A stretch of 60,224 nt of DNA from Haliea sp. (GTDB lineage Bacteria > Pseudomonadota > Gammaproteobacteria > Pseudomonadales > Halieaceae). The position numbers and the translations under genes are program-made. Each line of letters starts with the position of its first letter. Positions within the stretch are counted from its first letter, which is position 1. Below are positions 38,096 through 45,928 of the stretch, in pieces. The stretch spans positions 1 to 60,224 of the forward strand of contig JANPDE010000456.1 in assembly GCA_031431315.1 (NCBI GenBank), written 5' to 3'. The notes beneath the pieces are model-generated. The model did not search any database, was not told the DNA's origin, and saw nothing but the letters and a program-made list of their open reading frames with translations.

Positions 38096-40153
38096 TCATG
38101 GAGCGACAATGCGTTGAATGAGTAAGTTCTTTGACAGAAACTTTGAAGCAGATGGGGTCAAGTGACCATAGTCGAAAGTTGTAATGGAGCTCTTGATATC
38201 ATCTTCCGTATAAGTAAGGCAACCCTCGGCGTCACAAAAAAGACTGATAACGTCGACAAATTCCGCAGCTTTGGTTTTACCAAACTCCCGCAACAATTGC
38301 TTGTTGGCCTCCATTATGTCCTGATCGATACCGATGAAAGTGCGCCTCGGCTTTGTAGCCCATAACTGCCGAGCTAAAATCTTTGGCAAATCCGCTGTCC
38401 ATTGCGGTGTAGGGCCTAGAAAGAGTATTTTTTTGACTCCCAGGCTTTCCAACTTTTCAGCCATTTCCGACATTGTTTTTGCGGAGTGCAAACGACTTTG
38501 TGCGATCACGACTACATCGGGTTTGGCGTCGCTAATCGTTTTGACCGCGAAGTAATTTGACTGGGCGCACTGCCTCTCTTTCGATGGAAATTTAATTCCC
38601 GGGTTTGGAGGGCATGCCGACGAAGCAACCTGTAGAACCTGCCAATTTTTTGGAATGTATTGGATCACTCCCGCGTACAACGCTTGCGCGTGTGAATCAC
38701 CCCATATCAGTACTGATTTATTAAATTGTAGATCTCGTTGGTAACAAGACGATGCAATCGCTTCAAGCGGTCTACTATTGGCCACGCCGCCCTCCGGCAC
38801 CTTCCCGGTTTCCTCATATTCCTTGTAATTGAAAAAGGCACATTCAGAGCGCCATGCAGAGCCCATGTTCACCTTCTTGAAATACTTCCACGTAGGGAAA
38901 CTGTTGCTGAAGTAACTGATGAATTCTTCCCGATCTTTGGTTCTATATGACAATCCATCTTTGCTATATGTGTAGTAGCCAGCACTGCCCATAATGACCA
39001 TGAACACTACAAGTACAGACACCTTAGTTCCGGTATCCCGGCCTGACCGTATGGGACTTTCGACTAGCTTGTAAGTGAGCCACGCCAGAGCGATGGCAAG
39101 TAGAACTGCGGCCATTCGGGTACTTCGGTCAGGAACATGGCTTTCAATAATCCGGGCAAAAGACAATAACGGCCAATGCCACAAATACAGTGGAAAGCTT
39201 ATCAAGCCAAACCAAACTGCTACCCGGTTTGACAGCAGGGATCGATTAACCCACGCGTTTGGGCCAGATAAAATAAGGAGTACAGCCCCCAATACCGGAG
39301 CAATCGCCCAGATACCGGGAAAATTTAACTCCTTATTGATGCACCAAAATCCGTACACAAGAATGGCCAGGCCTGCGAATGCGAGCGCATTGGAAAAATA
39401 GTCATTGGTCTTGTCCCGACCCACTGCAGAGGCTGCCCAGTTGTTAAGCTTTGCCTTAACGGAGTTGGTAGCGTCCTTTCTATAAAGCATCACCCACGCC
39501 AACAGACTGCCACCTAACAGTTCCCAAAATCGGGTCTGCGGAGAGTAGAAAGTCGCTACAGCATCCGCCCTGACTCCTGCAACGTTGAGATAAAAAGACA
39601 CCGCAGCGACAATTAGCGTCACAGTCAGAATATTAAACTTCTGCTTCCATGTAAGCCAAAGCAAAAAGGGCCAGAAAATATAAAACTGTTCCTCGATACC
39701 CAGGCTCCACAAGTGTAATAACGGCTTGGTTTCCGCCGAGTTGTCAAAGTATCCCAGCTCATTCCATAAGACGAGGTTAGAAACGAAGCCAGCTCCAGCG
39801 GCGATATGTTTTCCCAGTTGTTTGAATTCGTCAGCAAATAATGTAACCCAGCCGAAGGCGTAGCTCGCGGTTAACACCAATAGAAGGGCCGGAAATATAC
39901 GTTTTATACGGCGCGCGTAGAACGTAGCAAAGCTGAACGTGCCTCTATCCAGATTTTCAAAGATAATCGTTGAAATTAAATAGCCGGAGATGACAAAAAA
40001 GACATCGACGCCTATGAAGCCACCTTTCATCCAGCTTGGGAAGGCGTGAAATGTGACTACAGAGAGTACAGCTATCGCTCTAAGGCCGTCGATGTCGGGT
40101 CTATATTTAGGGTGAGACAGGTCTGAATCGTTGTGGCCATCCTGGATCCGCAT
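38096..40153 (-). CDS. OafA-like acyltransferase-3/SGNH O-acetyltransferase
   Basis: YRPDIDGLRAIAV, GVDVFFVISGYLI, HLWSLGIEEQFY, GDSHA, DYGHL. Confidence 0.92.
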   Translation of the reverse strand: MRIQDGHNDSDLSHPKYRPDIDGLRAIAVLSVVTFHAFPSWMKGGFIGVDVFFVISGYLISTIIFENLDRGTFSFATFYARRIKRIFPALLLVLTASYAFGWVTLFADEFKQLGKHIAAGAGFVSNLVLWNELGYFDNSAETKPLLHLWSLGIEEQFYIFWPFLLWLTWKQKFNILTVTLIVAAVSFYLNVAGVRADAVATFYSPQTRFWELLGGSLLAWVMLYRKDATNSVKAKLNNWAASAVGRDKTNDYFSNALAFAGLAILVYGFWCINKELNFPGIWAIAPVLGAVLLILSGPNAWVNRSLLSNRVAVWFGLISFPLYLWHWPLLSFARIIESHVPDRSTRMAAVLLAIALAWLTYKLVESPIRSGRDTGTKVSVLVVFMVIMGSAGYYTYSKDGLSYRTKDREEFISYFSNSFPTWKYFKKVNMGSAWRSECAFFNYKEYEETGKVPEGGVANSRPLEAIASSCYQRDLQFNKSVLIWGDSHAQALYAGVIQYIPKNWQVLQVASSACPPNPGIKFPSKERQCAQSNYFAVKTISDAKPDVVVIAQSRLHSAKTMSEMAEKLESLGVKKILFLGPTPQWTADLPKILARQLWATKPRRTFIGIDQDIMEANKQLLREFGKTKAAEFVDVISLFCDAEGCLTYTEDDIKSSITTFDYGHLTPSASKFLSKNLLIQRIVAP

Positions 40154-40236
40154 GACTTAATCCTTTCTTACTAACAGGCTTTCAAGCTTGACGCGTTTTG
40201 CCGAAGGTCAACGCAATGCTGCCCACATTGCCTTTG

Positions 40237-40506
40237 TTCACCGACTTGAGAACGGCCGCCGCGTCATTGCGCTTTGGTAACAGCTTGCAGGGTAGCGCGT
40301 TCATGCCCCATATACGCTTTACGGTTGGGTATATGGTCGTATGGTCACTTTAGCTATATTTCGATTTGTGGGGAAGCATTGAGGTAGCGGCTTGTGGGCC
40401 CCACCAGCGTGTTGTAGATGTTGATGACGTAAATAACTAAGCCCACTAACAGCAGCGAAAATGCGATGAGACAACTCCCCGTACACAGTCCCTCGTTCGT
40501 CTGCAT
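40237..40506 (-). pseudogene. lemA: LemA-family pseudogene (5' part)
   Basis: LVIYVINIYNTLV...RYLNASPQIEI*LK*PYDHIPN RKAYMGHERATLQAVTKA, then frameshifted NDAAAVLK; matches LemA YNxLV..NAxxQIxVQLKRRYDLIPN..KxYMxHE; stops at 40354-40356 and 40345-40347. Confidence 0.85.
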
Positions 40507-40520
40507 TTCAATTACTTTTC

Positions 40521-42668
40521 CTAAGCCGATGAGACCTCGACCGATACCCCGTTCACCGCGGCGTTCCCCGACAGTGCGTCCAGCACCAGATCATCGGTGA
40601 TGTCGTTGCAGCTTACGCCTGCATGGCGCGCCGCGACAGACAGTCGTATCCCTGCGCGGTCATGTCCGAAGCCGTGCGGCAGGCTGACCACGCCGGGCAT
40701 GATTTCCTCAGTGGCTTCCACGACAACCTGCAGTGTCCCCACACGCGAACGCACGCTGACTTCACTGCCTTGGGCAATGCCCCGCTGCTGCAGGTCATCA
40801 GGGTGCATCAACAGCGTACAGCGATTCTTGCCCTTCACGAGTCGCCGGTAGTTGTGCATCCAGGAGTTATTGGAACGCACATGACGGCGGCCAATCAATT
40901 GCAGCGGTCGCAGTTGCGGTTGATTGGATAATGCTGCTGCGGTGATGGGAAACTCACGGCGCACGCGGGCGAGGTCTGCCAGGGGTTCCGGCGTGTCACA
41001 ACGGATAGTCTTATCTTTGGTTTGCAGGCGAGCGGGCAATTGTGGTTGTAGCGCACCGAGGTCGATCCCGGAAGGATGCTCGCGTAATTTTGCCAGCGAC
41101 ATACCCTGCGTCGCATAGGGGCCGAATTGCAGTCCCAGATCGATGATCTGCGCCGGTGCCACGCTTGGCTGTGGTTCATTGCCCAACAACTGCGCCACGC
41201 GATTGCCCAACTCCGTGAAGATTTCCCAGTCGTGCAGGGCGCCGGCGGGCTTGTCGAAAACAGCTTCATTGAACCGCGCGGTATTGCGCACAGCATTGGC
41301 ATGAAAGGCAAGGTCGTAGTGATCGTGCTCCAGCGGCGATGTGGGCGGCAGAATAATGTCCGCGTGGCGCGTGGTTTCATTGAGATACGGGTCCAGCGAC
41401 ACCATGAATTCAAGCTGCGCCAGGGCTTCATCCAGTTGCCGTCCGTTGGGCGTGGACATGACCGGGTTGCCGGCGCCCGTGAATAGCGCGCGAATCTGGT
41501 GCTCTCCCGGCGTGGTGATCTCTTCGGCGAGTGTGGAAGCGGGAAACTCGCGATCGAATTCCGGCAGGCCGCGCACGCGACTGTGGTGGCGGGCAAAACC
41601 GCCGGGACTGCTGGTGCTCACCTGGTCTATCGCGGGCAGGGTGAAAAGCGAGCCGCCCGGAAGATCCAGATTGCCGGTGGCTATATTGATCAACTGAATC
41701 AGCCACTGGTTAAGGGCGCCATAGGCCTGGGTGGAAACGCCCATGCGGCCGTAGCAGATGGCCGCCCCGGCAGCGGCAAACTCCCGAGCCAGCCGGCGGA
41801 TGGTGTCGGCATCGATCTGCGTGTGCTGCGCGGCGTACTCCGCAGTGAAATCGTCAATGGCGTGACGCACCACGTCCAGCCCGCTGGTGAAATCGCGCAG
41901 GTGTGCGGTATCGTCCAGACCTTCACTCAGGATGGTGTGCAACACTGCCAGCAGGAACAGCGCGTCAGTGCCGGGCTTGATAAAATGGTGTTCACTGGCG
42001 ATTTGCGCGGTTTCCGTATGGCGTGGATCTAGCACGACCAACTTGCCGCCGCGCGCCTGCAGCGCCTTGATACGCTTTTTCACGTCCGGCACTGTCCAGA
42101 TACTGCCATTGGAAGCAATGGGATTGGCACCCAGCATCAGGAGGTAGTCGCTGCGGTCAATATCGGGTATGGGAAACAGGAACTTGTGGCCGAACAACCA
42201 CAGGGCTGCCAGATGGTGGGGCAGTTGATCCACCGAGGTGGCGGAGAAGCGGTTATTGGTGCGCAAGTGCCTGAACAGGTTGCCCTGGTGGGTCAGCATG
42301 CCGTGGTTGTGCACGGAGGGATTGCCCATATAGACGCCGATGGCGTGCACGCCGTTTTTTTCGTGCACAGCAACCAGTCCCTGTGCCGCGCTGTCCAGTG
42401 CCTCGTCCCAGCTGATCTCCTGCCATTGCATTTCCCCAGCAGCATTGGTAGTGCGCCGCAGCGGTTGCCGCAGGCGGTCCGGGTCCTCGTGGAAATCCTG
42501 CAAGGCCATCGCCTTGGGACAGACGTGGCCACGGCTCAGTGGGTCATTTTTGTCGCCCTTGATTGAGAGGATTTGATCGCCCTCGGTTTCTATCACCAAT
42601 CCGCAGATCGCCTCGCACAGGTGGCAGGCCCGAAAATGTGTTTTTCGTTCTGCGGACGCCTGACTCAT
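40521..42668 (-). CDS. Molybdopterin (bis-MGD) oxidoreductase with N-terminal 4Fe-4S motif, substrate unknown
   Basis: CHLCEAICG...GHVCPK, GANP, ETTRHADIILP, C-terminal molydopterin-binding domain (VSLPHGFG). Confidence 0.88.
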   Translation of the reverse strand: MSQASAERKTHFRACHLCEAICGLVIETEGDQILSIKGDKNDPLSRGHVCPKAMALQDFHEDPDRLRQPLRRTTNAAGEMQWQEISWDEALDSAAQGLVAVHEKNGVHAIGVYMGNPSVHNHGMLTHQGNLFRHLRTNNRFSATSVDQLPHHLAALWLFGHKFLFPIPDIDRSDYLLMLGANPIASNGSIWTVPDVKKRIKALQARGGKLVVLDPRHTETAQIASEHHFIKPGTDALFLLAVLHTILSEGLDDTAHLRDFTSGLDVVRHAIDDFTAEYAAQHTQIDADTIRRLAREFAAAGAAICYGRMGVSTQAYGALNQWLIQLINIATGNLDLPGGSLFTLPAIDQVSTSSPGGFARHHSRVRGLPEFDREFPASTLAEEITTPGEHQIRALFTGAGNPVMSTPNGRQLDEALAQLEFMVSLDPYLNETTRHADIILPPTSPLEHDHYDLAFHANAVRNTARFNEAVFDKPAGALHDWEIFTELGNRVAQLLGNEPQPSVAPAQIIDLGLQFGPYATQGMSLAKLREHPSGIDLGALQPQLPARLQTKDKTIRCDTPEPLADLARVRREFPITAAALSNQPQLRPLQLIGRRHVRSNNSWMHNYRRLVKGKNRCTLLMHPDDLQQRGIAQGSEVSVRSRVGTLQVVVEATEEIMPGVVSLPHGFGHDRAGIRLSVAARHAGVSCNDITDDLVLDALSGNAAVNGVSVEVSSA

Positions 42669-42946
42669 GGGGCAATCTGCAGTCGAATAAGGCCGCGCTG
42701 GCAGGCATCCGTGAGAAAGGCTTCAAGATCGGCGCCCAGTTGCGGTCCCTCAACCTCGTATTCTTCCAGCAGGGTGTTGTAGATGATGCGCAACTCACCG
42801 CTTTCCCGGATCAACTGCCAGATGCGCGTGCTCACCGCGTCCAGGCCGAAGTAGCACTCGCTTTCCAGGTCGAGTAGTACGGTTTCGCCGGAAACTTCCT
42901 GGTAGATCACGTCTGGTGAAAGGATTACGGTTTGATTCAGGTTCAT
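42665..42946 (-). CDS. PqqD-family RiPP recognition element (lasso B1), 93 aa
   Basis: QEVSGETVLLDLESECYFGLDAVSTRIWQLI...EEYEV...DLEAFL; GGAGGAG upstream; stop overlaps the oxidoreductase ATG. Confidence 0.9.
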   Translation of the reverse strand: MNLNQTVILSPDVIYQEVSGETVLLDLESECYFGLDAVSTRIWQLIRESGELRIIYNTLLEEYEVEGPQLGADLEAFLTDACQRGLIRLQIAP

Positions 42947-42978
42947 AGCGTGTAAGTGTCTCCTCCAATACACGTAGT

Positions 42979-43016
42979 AGTGTAGCGCACCCACAATTCT
43001 GAACAACTCATAATGA
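42979..43016 (-). promoter_or_regulatory. Putative sigma70 promoter TTGTTC-N16-TACACT with upstream TCATTA
   Basis: Conserved with 22186-22223. Confidence 0.5.
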
Positions 43017-43075
43017 TTGCCCGAACTATTAAGGGTGGATAGACTCAACCCATAACCAGGGAGCGATTTCATACG

Positions 43076-43984
43076 ATGTTGAACGCTATTGCCGAACTCA
43101 ACCGCATTACCTCAGGACCGCGACCCTTGTCCGAAGCCGATCTGCTGCGCCTCGTTGTGTTGCGACATGAAATTGGGGCCAAGCATGTTCGCAACACGGG
43201 TGCGCCACTGCCAACCACGCCGACGCAGGACCTTTTTCCCGGTGTCGTGGGGGCGCCTGAGATCTCCGGAGCCGAGTTGACCGCCGCGCATGTGGCCTCG
43301 GGCCTGCGCCACCATGGCGCCCTCGTGGTCAGGGGTCTGGTGGCGCCAGCGGAGGTTGAGCGGCTCTGTGGCCTCATTGATGGTCGAGACTGGTCCCAGC
43401 CGCTGGTTCCGACCGACGAACAGGGCCAGCCGAGCCAGGGTTCCGCCCCCATGAAGTGCTCGGCGGCCGCGTTGCAGGGGCTGGTGGAGGCCTACCACAA
43501 TGCGGGCATGGGCGCTGTGATGACGGACTACCTTGGCGAAGCCCCTGTGTTGCTGTCCGAGCGGCTACAGATAGACCGGCAGATACTAAAGTTAGGGCTG
43601 CCGTGGCATCAGGACGGTGCTTTCTTCGGGGGCAACATTCGTGCCGTGAACAGTTTTCTCTCTCTGGACGAGTGCGGCACTGATGTCACGGGGCTGTCGG
43701 TGGTGACGCGTCGCCTGGATGAGGTCTTGGGGGTCGAGGCCGGTCAGCGTGCTCCGCTGAGCTACGGCAATTCCTTCGACCACAAGGAAGTGGTTGCCAT
43801 GGCCGGCATCGGTCGGGTTGTTACGCCGATCCTCGGGCCTGGCGACGCCATTTTTATTGACGAGATGACCCTGCACCGCACGGCCAAACCGCCGAAAAAC
43901 CCCCGGCCCCGTACGTGGGCGGTAACCTGGTTTTGCGCGCCGTCGCGGTTTCCGGAGCAACGTCACCCGCTCTGGTTTGGTTGA
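43076..43984 (+). CDS. PhyH-like Fe(II)/2-oxoglutarate dioxygenase
   Basis: PWHQDG (HxD), PGDAIF, LHRT and a downstream Arg. Confidence 0.8.
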   Translation: MLNAIAELNRITSGPRPLSEADLLRLVVLRHEIGAKHVRNTGAPLPTTPTQDLFPGVVGAPEISGAELTAAHVASGLRHHGALVVRGLVAPAEVERLCGLIDGRDWSQPLVPTDEQGQPSQGSAPMKCSAAALQGLVEAYHNAGMGAVMTDYLGEAPVLLSERLQIDRQILKLGLPWHQDGAFFGGNIRAVNSFLSLDECGTDVTGLSVVTRRLDEVLGVEAGQRAPLSYGNSFDHKEVVAMAGIGRVVTPILGPGDAIFIDEMTLHRTAKPPKNPRPRTWAVTWFCAPSRFPEQRHPLWFG

Positions 43985-44244
43985 AGGCTCCTACGCAACA
44001 CTGCCAGGCCAAGCCGAATAGCATGGTTGTTAAGGAGGGCCGGACTATGTCACTATCGGAAAGAGTTATGAATATTGATGTGAGTCTCTACCAAATGCTA
44101 CAGACTTTAATTTTAGCGATTTTCGAAAAAATCCCACTAAATCAAGAATTGGATAATAGGGCATTGATTGAAATCGGGAACGATTTTGTAATCAACAGTT
44201 TTTACTCGAATAAACGTTGGGGGCTCTACTGAAATATCCATTCC

Positions 44245-45471
44245 GTGGTTTTTCTCCTCTTATTCATCGCGATCTTTTTATTGGGCTTTCCGATTTGGGT
44301 TGATATCCTCTTAGCCTTTCTTATTCGTTTCATACTTAAAAAAAATGCCTTTCAAATTGGATTTACGGCAGTCTTACTATTCATTTTAATTGTTGTTTTA
44401 AATGCCATGAATTCCAATCTTGCAACAAAGAGGGCTCCCGCTTTTTATCGCGAAACTGAAAAATGGGGACGCTTTCGCGAAATTGAAAAATGGGGAAGTT
44501 ACACCACGATATTTGAAAAAAATGTAAACGACACTATCGAACAACCCTATGGTGATCTTTATACACTCGAACTCGACAATCCTCTGCGAGAAGAATTGAA
44601 AGAACCACGTACTGTTGAATTTATCACAGACGAATTTGGCTACCGAAACGAGCCTTCACGGCTCAAAAAATCATCAGTCATTCTTGTGGGAGATTCTTTC
44701 ACACTGGGATCTGGGATTACTCAAGAAGAAGACCCCGCACACACCTTACAAAAATTCATGAAGCCCGTGGTTGGTTCTATTGCTTTTCCTGCGGGACCCG
44801 AGATTTACGAAAAATTCATAGAAGATTTTTTGCCCCACGCAAAATCAGATGCGAAATTTTACGTTTTTTACTTTGAAGGAAATGATTTCAGCTTTCCTGA
44901 AAATCAGACGGCCACCTTTAAGCAACCCATTAGTGAATTGTTGTTTGATAAGTATGAAGCCCTAGAATTGTGGAAAGGCGGGATTTTGAGTCGTATTCAT
45001 AAAAGGAACAATATTATTTTTAGAAAAGTTCGTGCCGCTAGTTACCGAATCAATCGCAAGTTGTTCAAACCTCCAGACCCACTAGTTGAATACATAAAGA
45101 TTGGCGATAAGCTGGTTGGGTTTTATCAGCATTACATTTACATGACTCTCAGTAGCGGAATTACGACATACATATTCAATGATCGGAATGTGCTAAATCG
45201 TGTTGGGGGTATCTTTTTCATTCCAACAAAATACAGAGTTTACTCGGATGTTACAGGCGTAAAGCTTGGTAATAACGATGCTTTTGAGTATTTAAGTAAC
45301 GAATATGGAAATCTCGGTATCCCAGTTTACGACCTTACAAAATGTTTGAAAGACGAAGCAGATAAACTACTTCCACAAGGTAAATATGTCTTCTGGCGAG
45401 GTGACACGCATTGGAACAACCACGGAATTTTAGCTGCGATGAAATGTGTGGCTAGCGATGTGGGTTCTTAA
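44245..45471 (+). CDS. Membrane-anchored SGNH/AlgJ-AlgX-like protein
   Basis: Two N-terminal TM segments, GYRN, GDSFT, EGND, DTHWNNHG; strongly AT-rich. Confidence 0.7.
   Translation: MVFLLLFIAIFLLGFPIWVDILLAFLIRFILKKNAFQIGFTAVLLFILIVVLNAMNSNLATKRAPAFYRETEKWGRFREIEKWGSYTTIFEKNVNDTIEQPYGDLYTLELDNPLREELKEPRTVEFITDEFGYRNEPSRLKKSSVILVGDSFTLGSGITQEEDPAHTLQKFMKPVVGSIAFPAGPEIYEKFIEDFLPHAKSDAKFYVFYFEGNDFSFPENQTATFKQPISELLFDKYEALELWKGGILSRIHKRNNIIFRKVRAASYRINRKLFKPPDPLVEYIKIGDKLVGFYQHYIYMTLSSGITTYIFNDRNVLNRVGGIFFIPTKYRVYSDVTGVKLGNNDAFEYLSNEYGNLGIPVYDLTKCLKDEADKLLPQGKYVFWRGDTHWNNHGILAAMKCVASDVGS
44448..44496 (+). repeat. In-frame tandem duplication, 27-bp period
   Basis: tcgcgaaactgaaaaatgggga and tcgcgaaattgaaaaatgggga (21/22 identical), encoding RETEKWG and REIEKWG. 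Confidence 0.9.
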
Positions 45472-45669
45472 TCGAGTTCGCGACGGGACCGCTCAGTATT
45501 CTCGGTTGCTGTAATGCCTCGCAATGGGATACCGCATTTGTGGCCCGGCGCTGTATTTAAGTATAAGACCTTGTCTGGCATGGGTCAGAGGTTTGCGTCT
45601 GAGCGCGGTAGAGCCTAATTGGGTAGAGCCGAGCCTTAGAATCTTATGGGATGACTTAAAACATTGATG

Positions 45670-45756
45670 TGGTGCCCAGAAGAGGACTTGAACCTCCACG
45701 CCCTTGCGAGCACCAGCACCTGAAGCTGGCGTGTCTACCAATTTCACCATCTGGGC
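45670..45756 (-). tRNA. tRNA-Leu(CAG)
   Basis: GCCCAGA...TGGTAGAC...CCAGC-TTCAGGT-GCTGG, long variable arm, GTTCAAGTC, TCTGGGC-A-CCA; 87 nt. Confidence 0.97.
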
Positions 45757-45928
45757 AGAGCAGATTCTCGTGGCGATCAGAGCCGGCTGAAGAATCTGAG
45801 GGCGGCGACTTTACTTTTCCCGCGCGGCTTTGTCAATGCCCGATGATGCGGGGCAGGCTCTCCTCGCGTATACTTCTGGAATACCTATAAACCCCCACTA
45901 ACTTTTCATTACAGAAGACCCAAGCCCT

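Noticed and set aside
43915-44232. 105-aa ORF between the dioxygenase and the SGNH gene as another precursor
   Set aside because: No lasso leader motif or recognisable domain, and it overlaps the dioxygenase end
45493-45890. Short ORFs on both strands around the tRNA
   Set aside because: They are translations of the tRNA-Leu sequence
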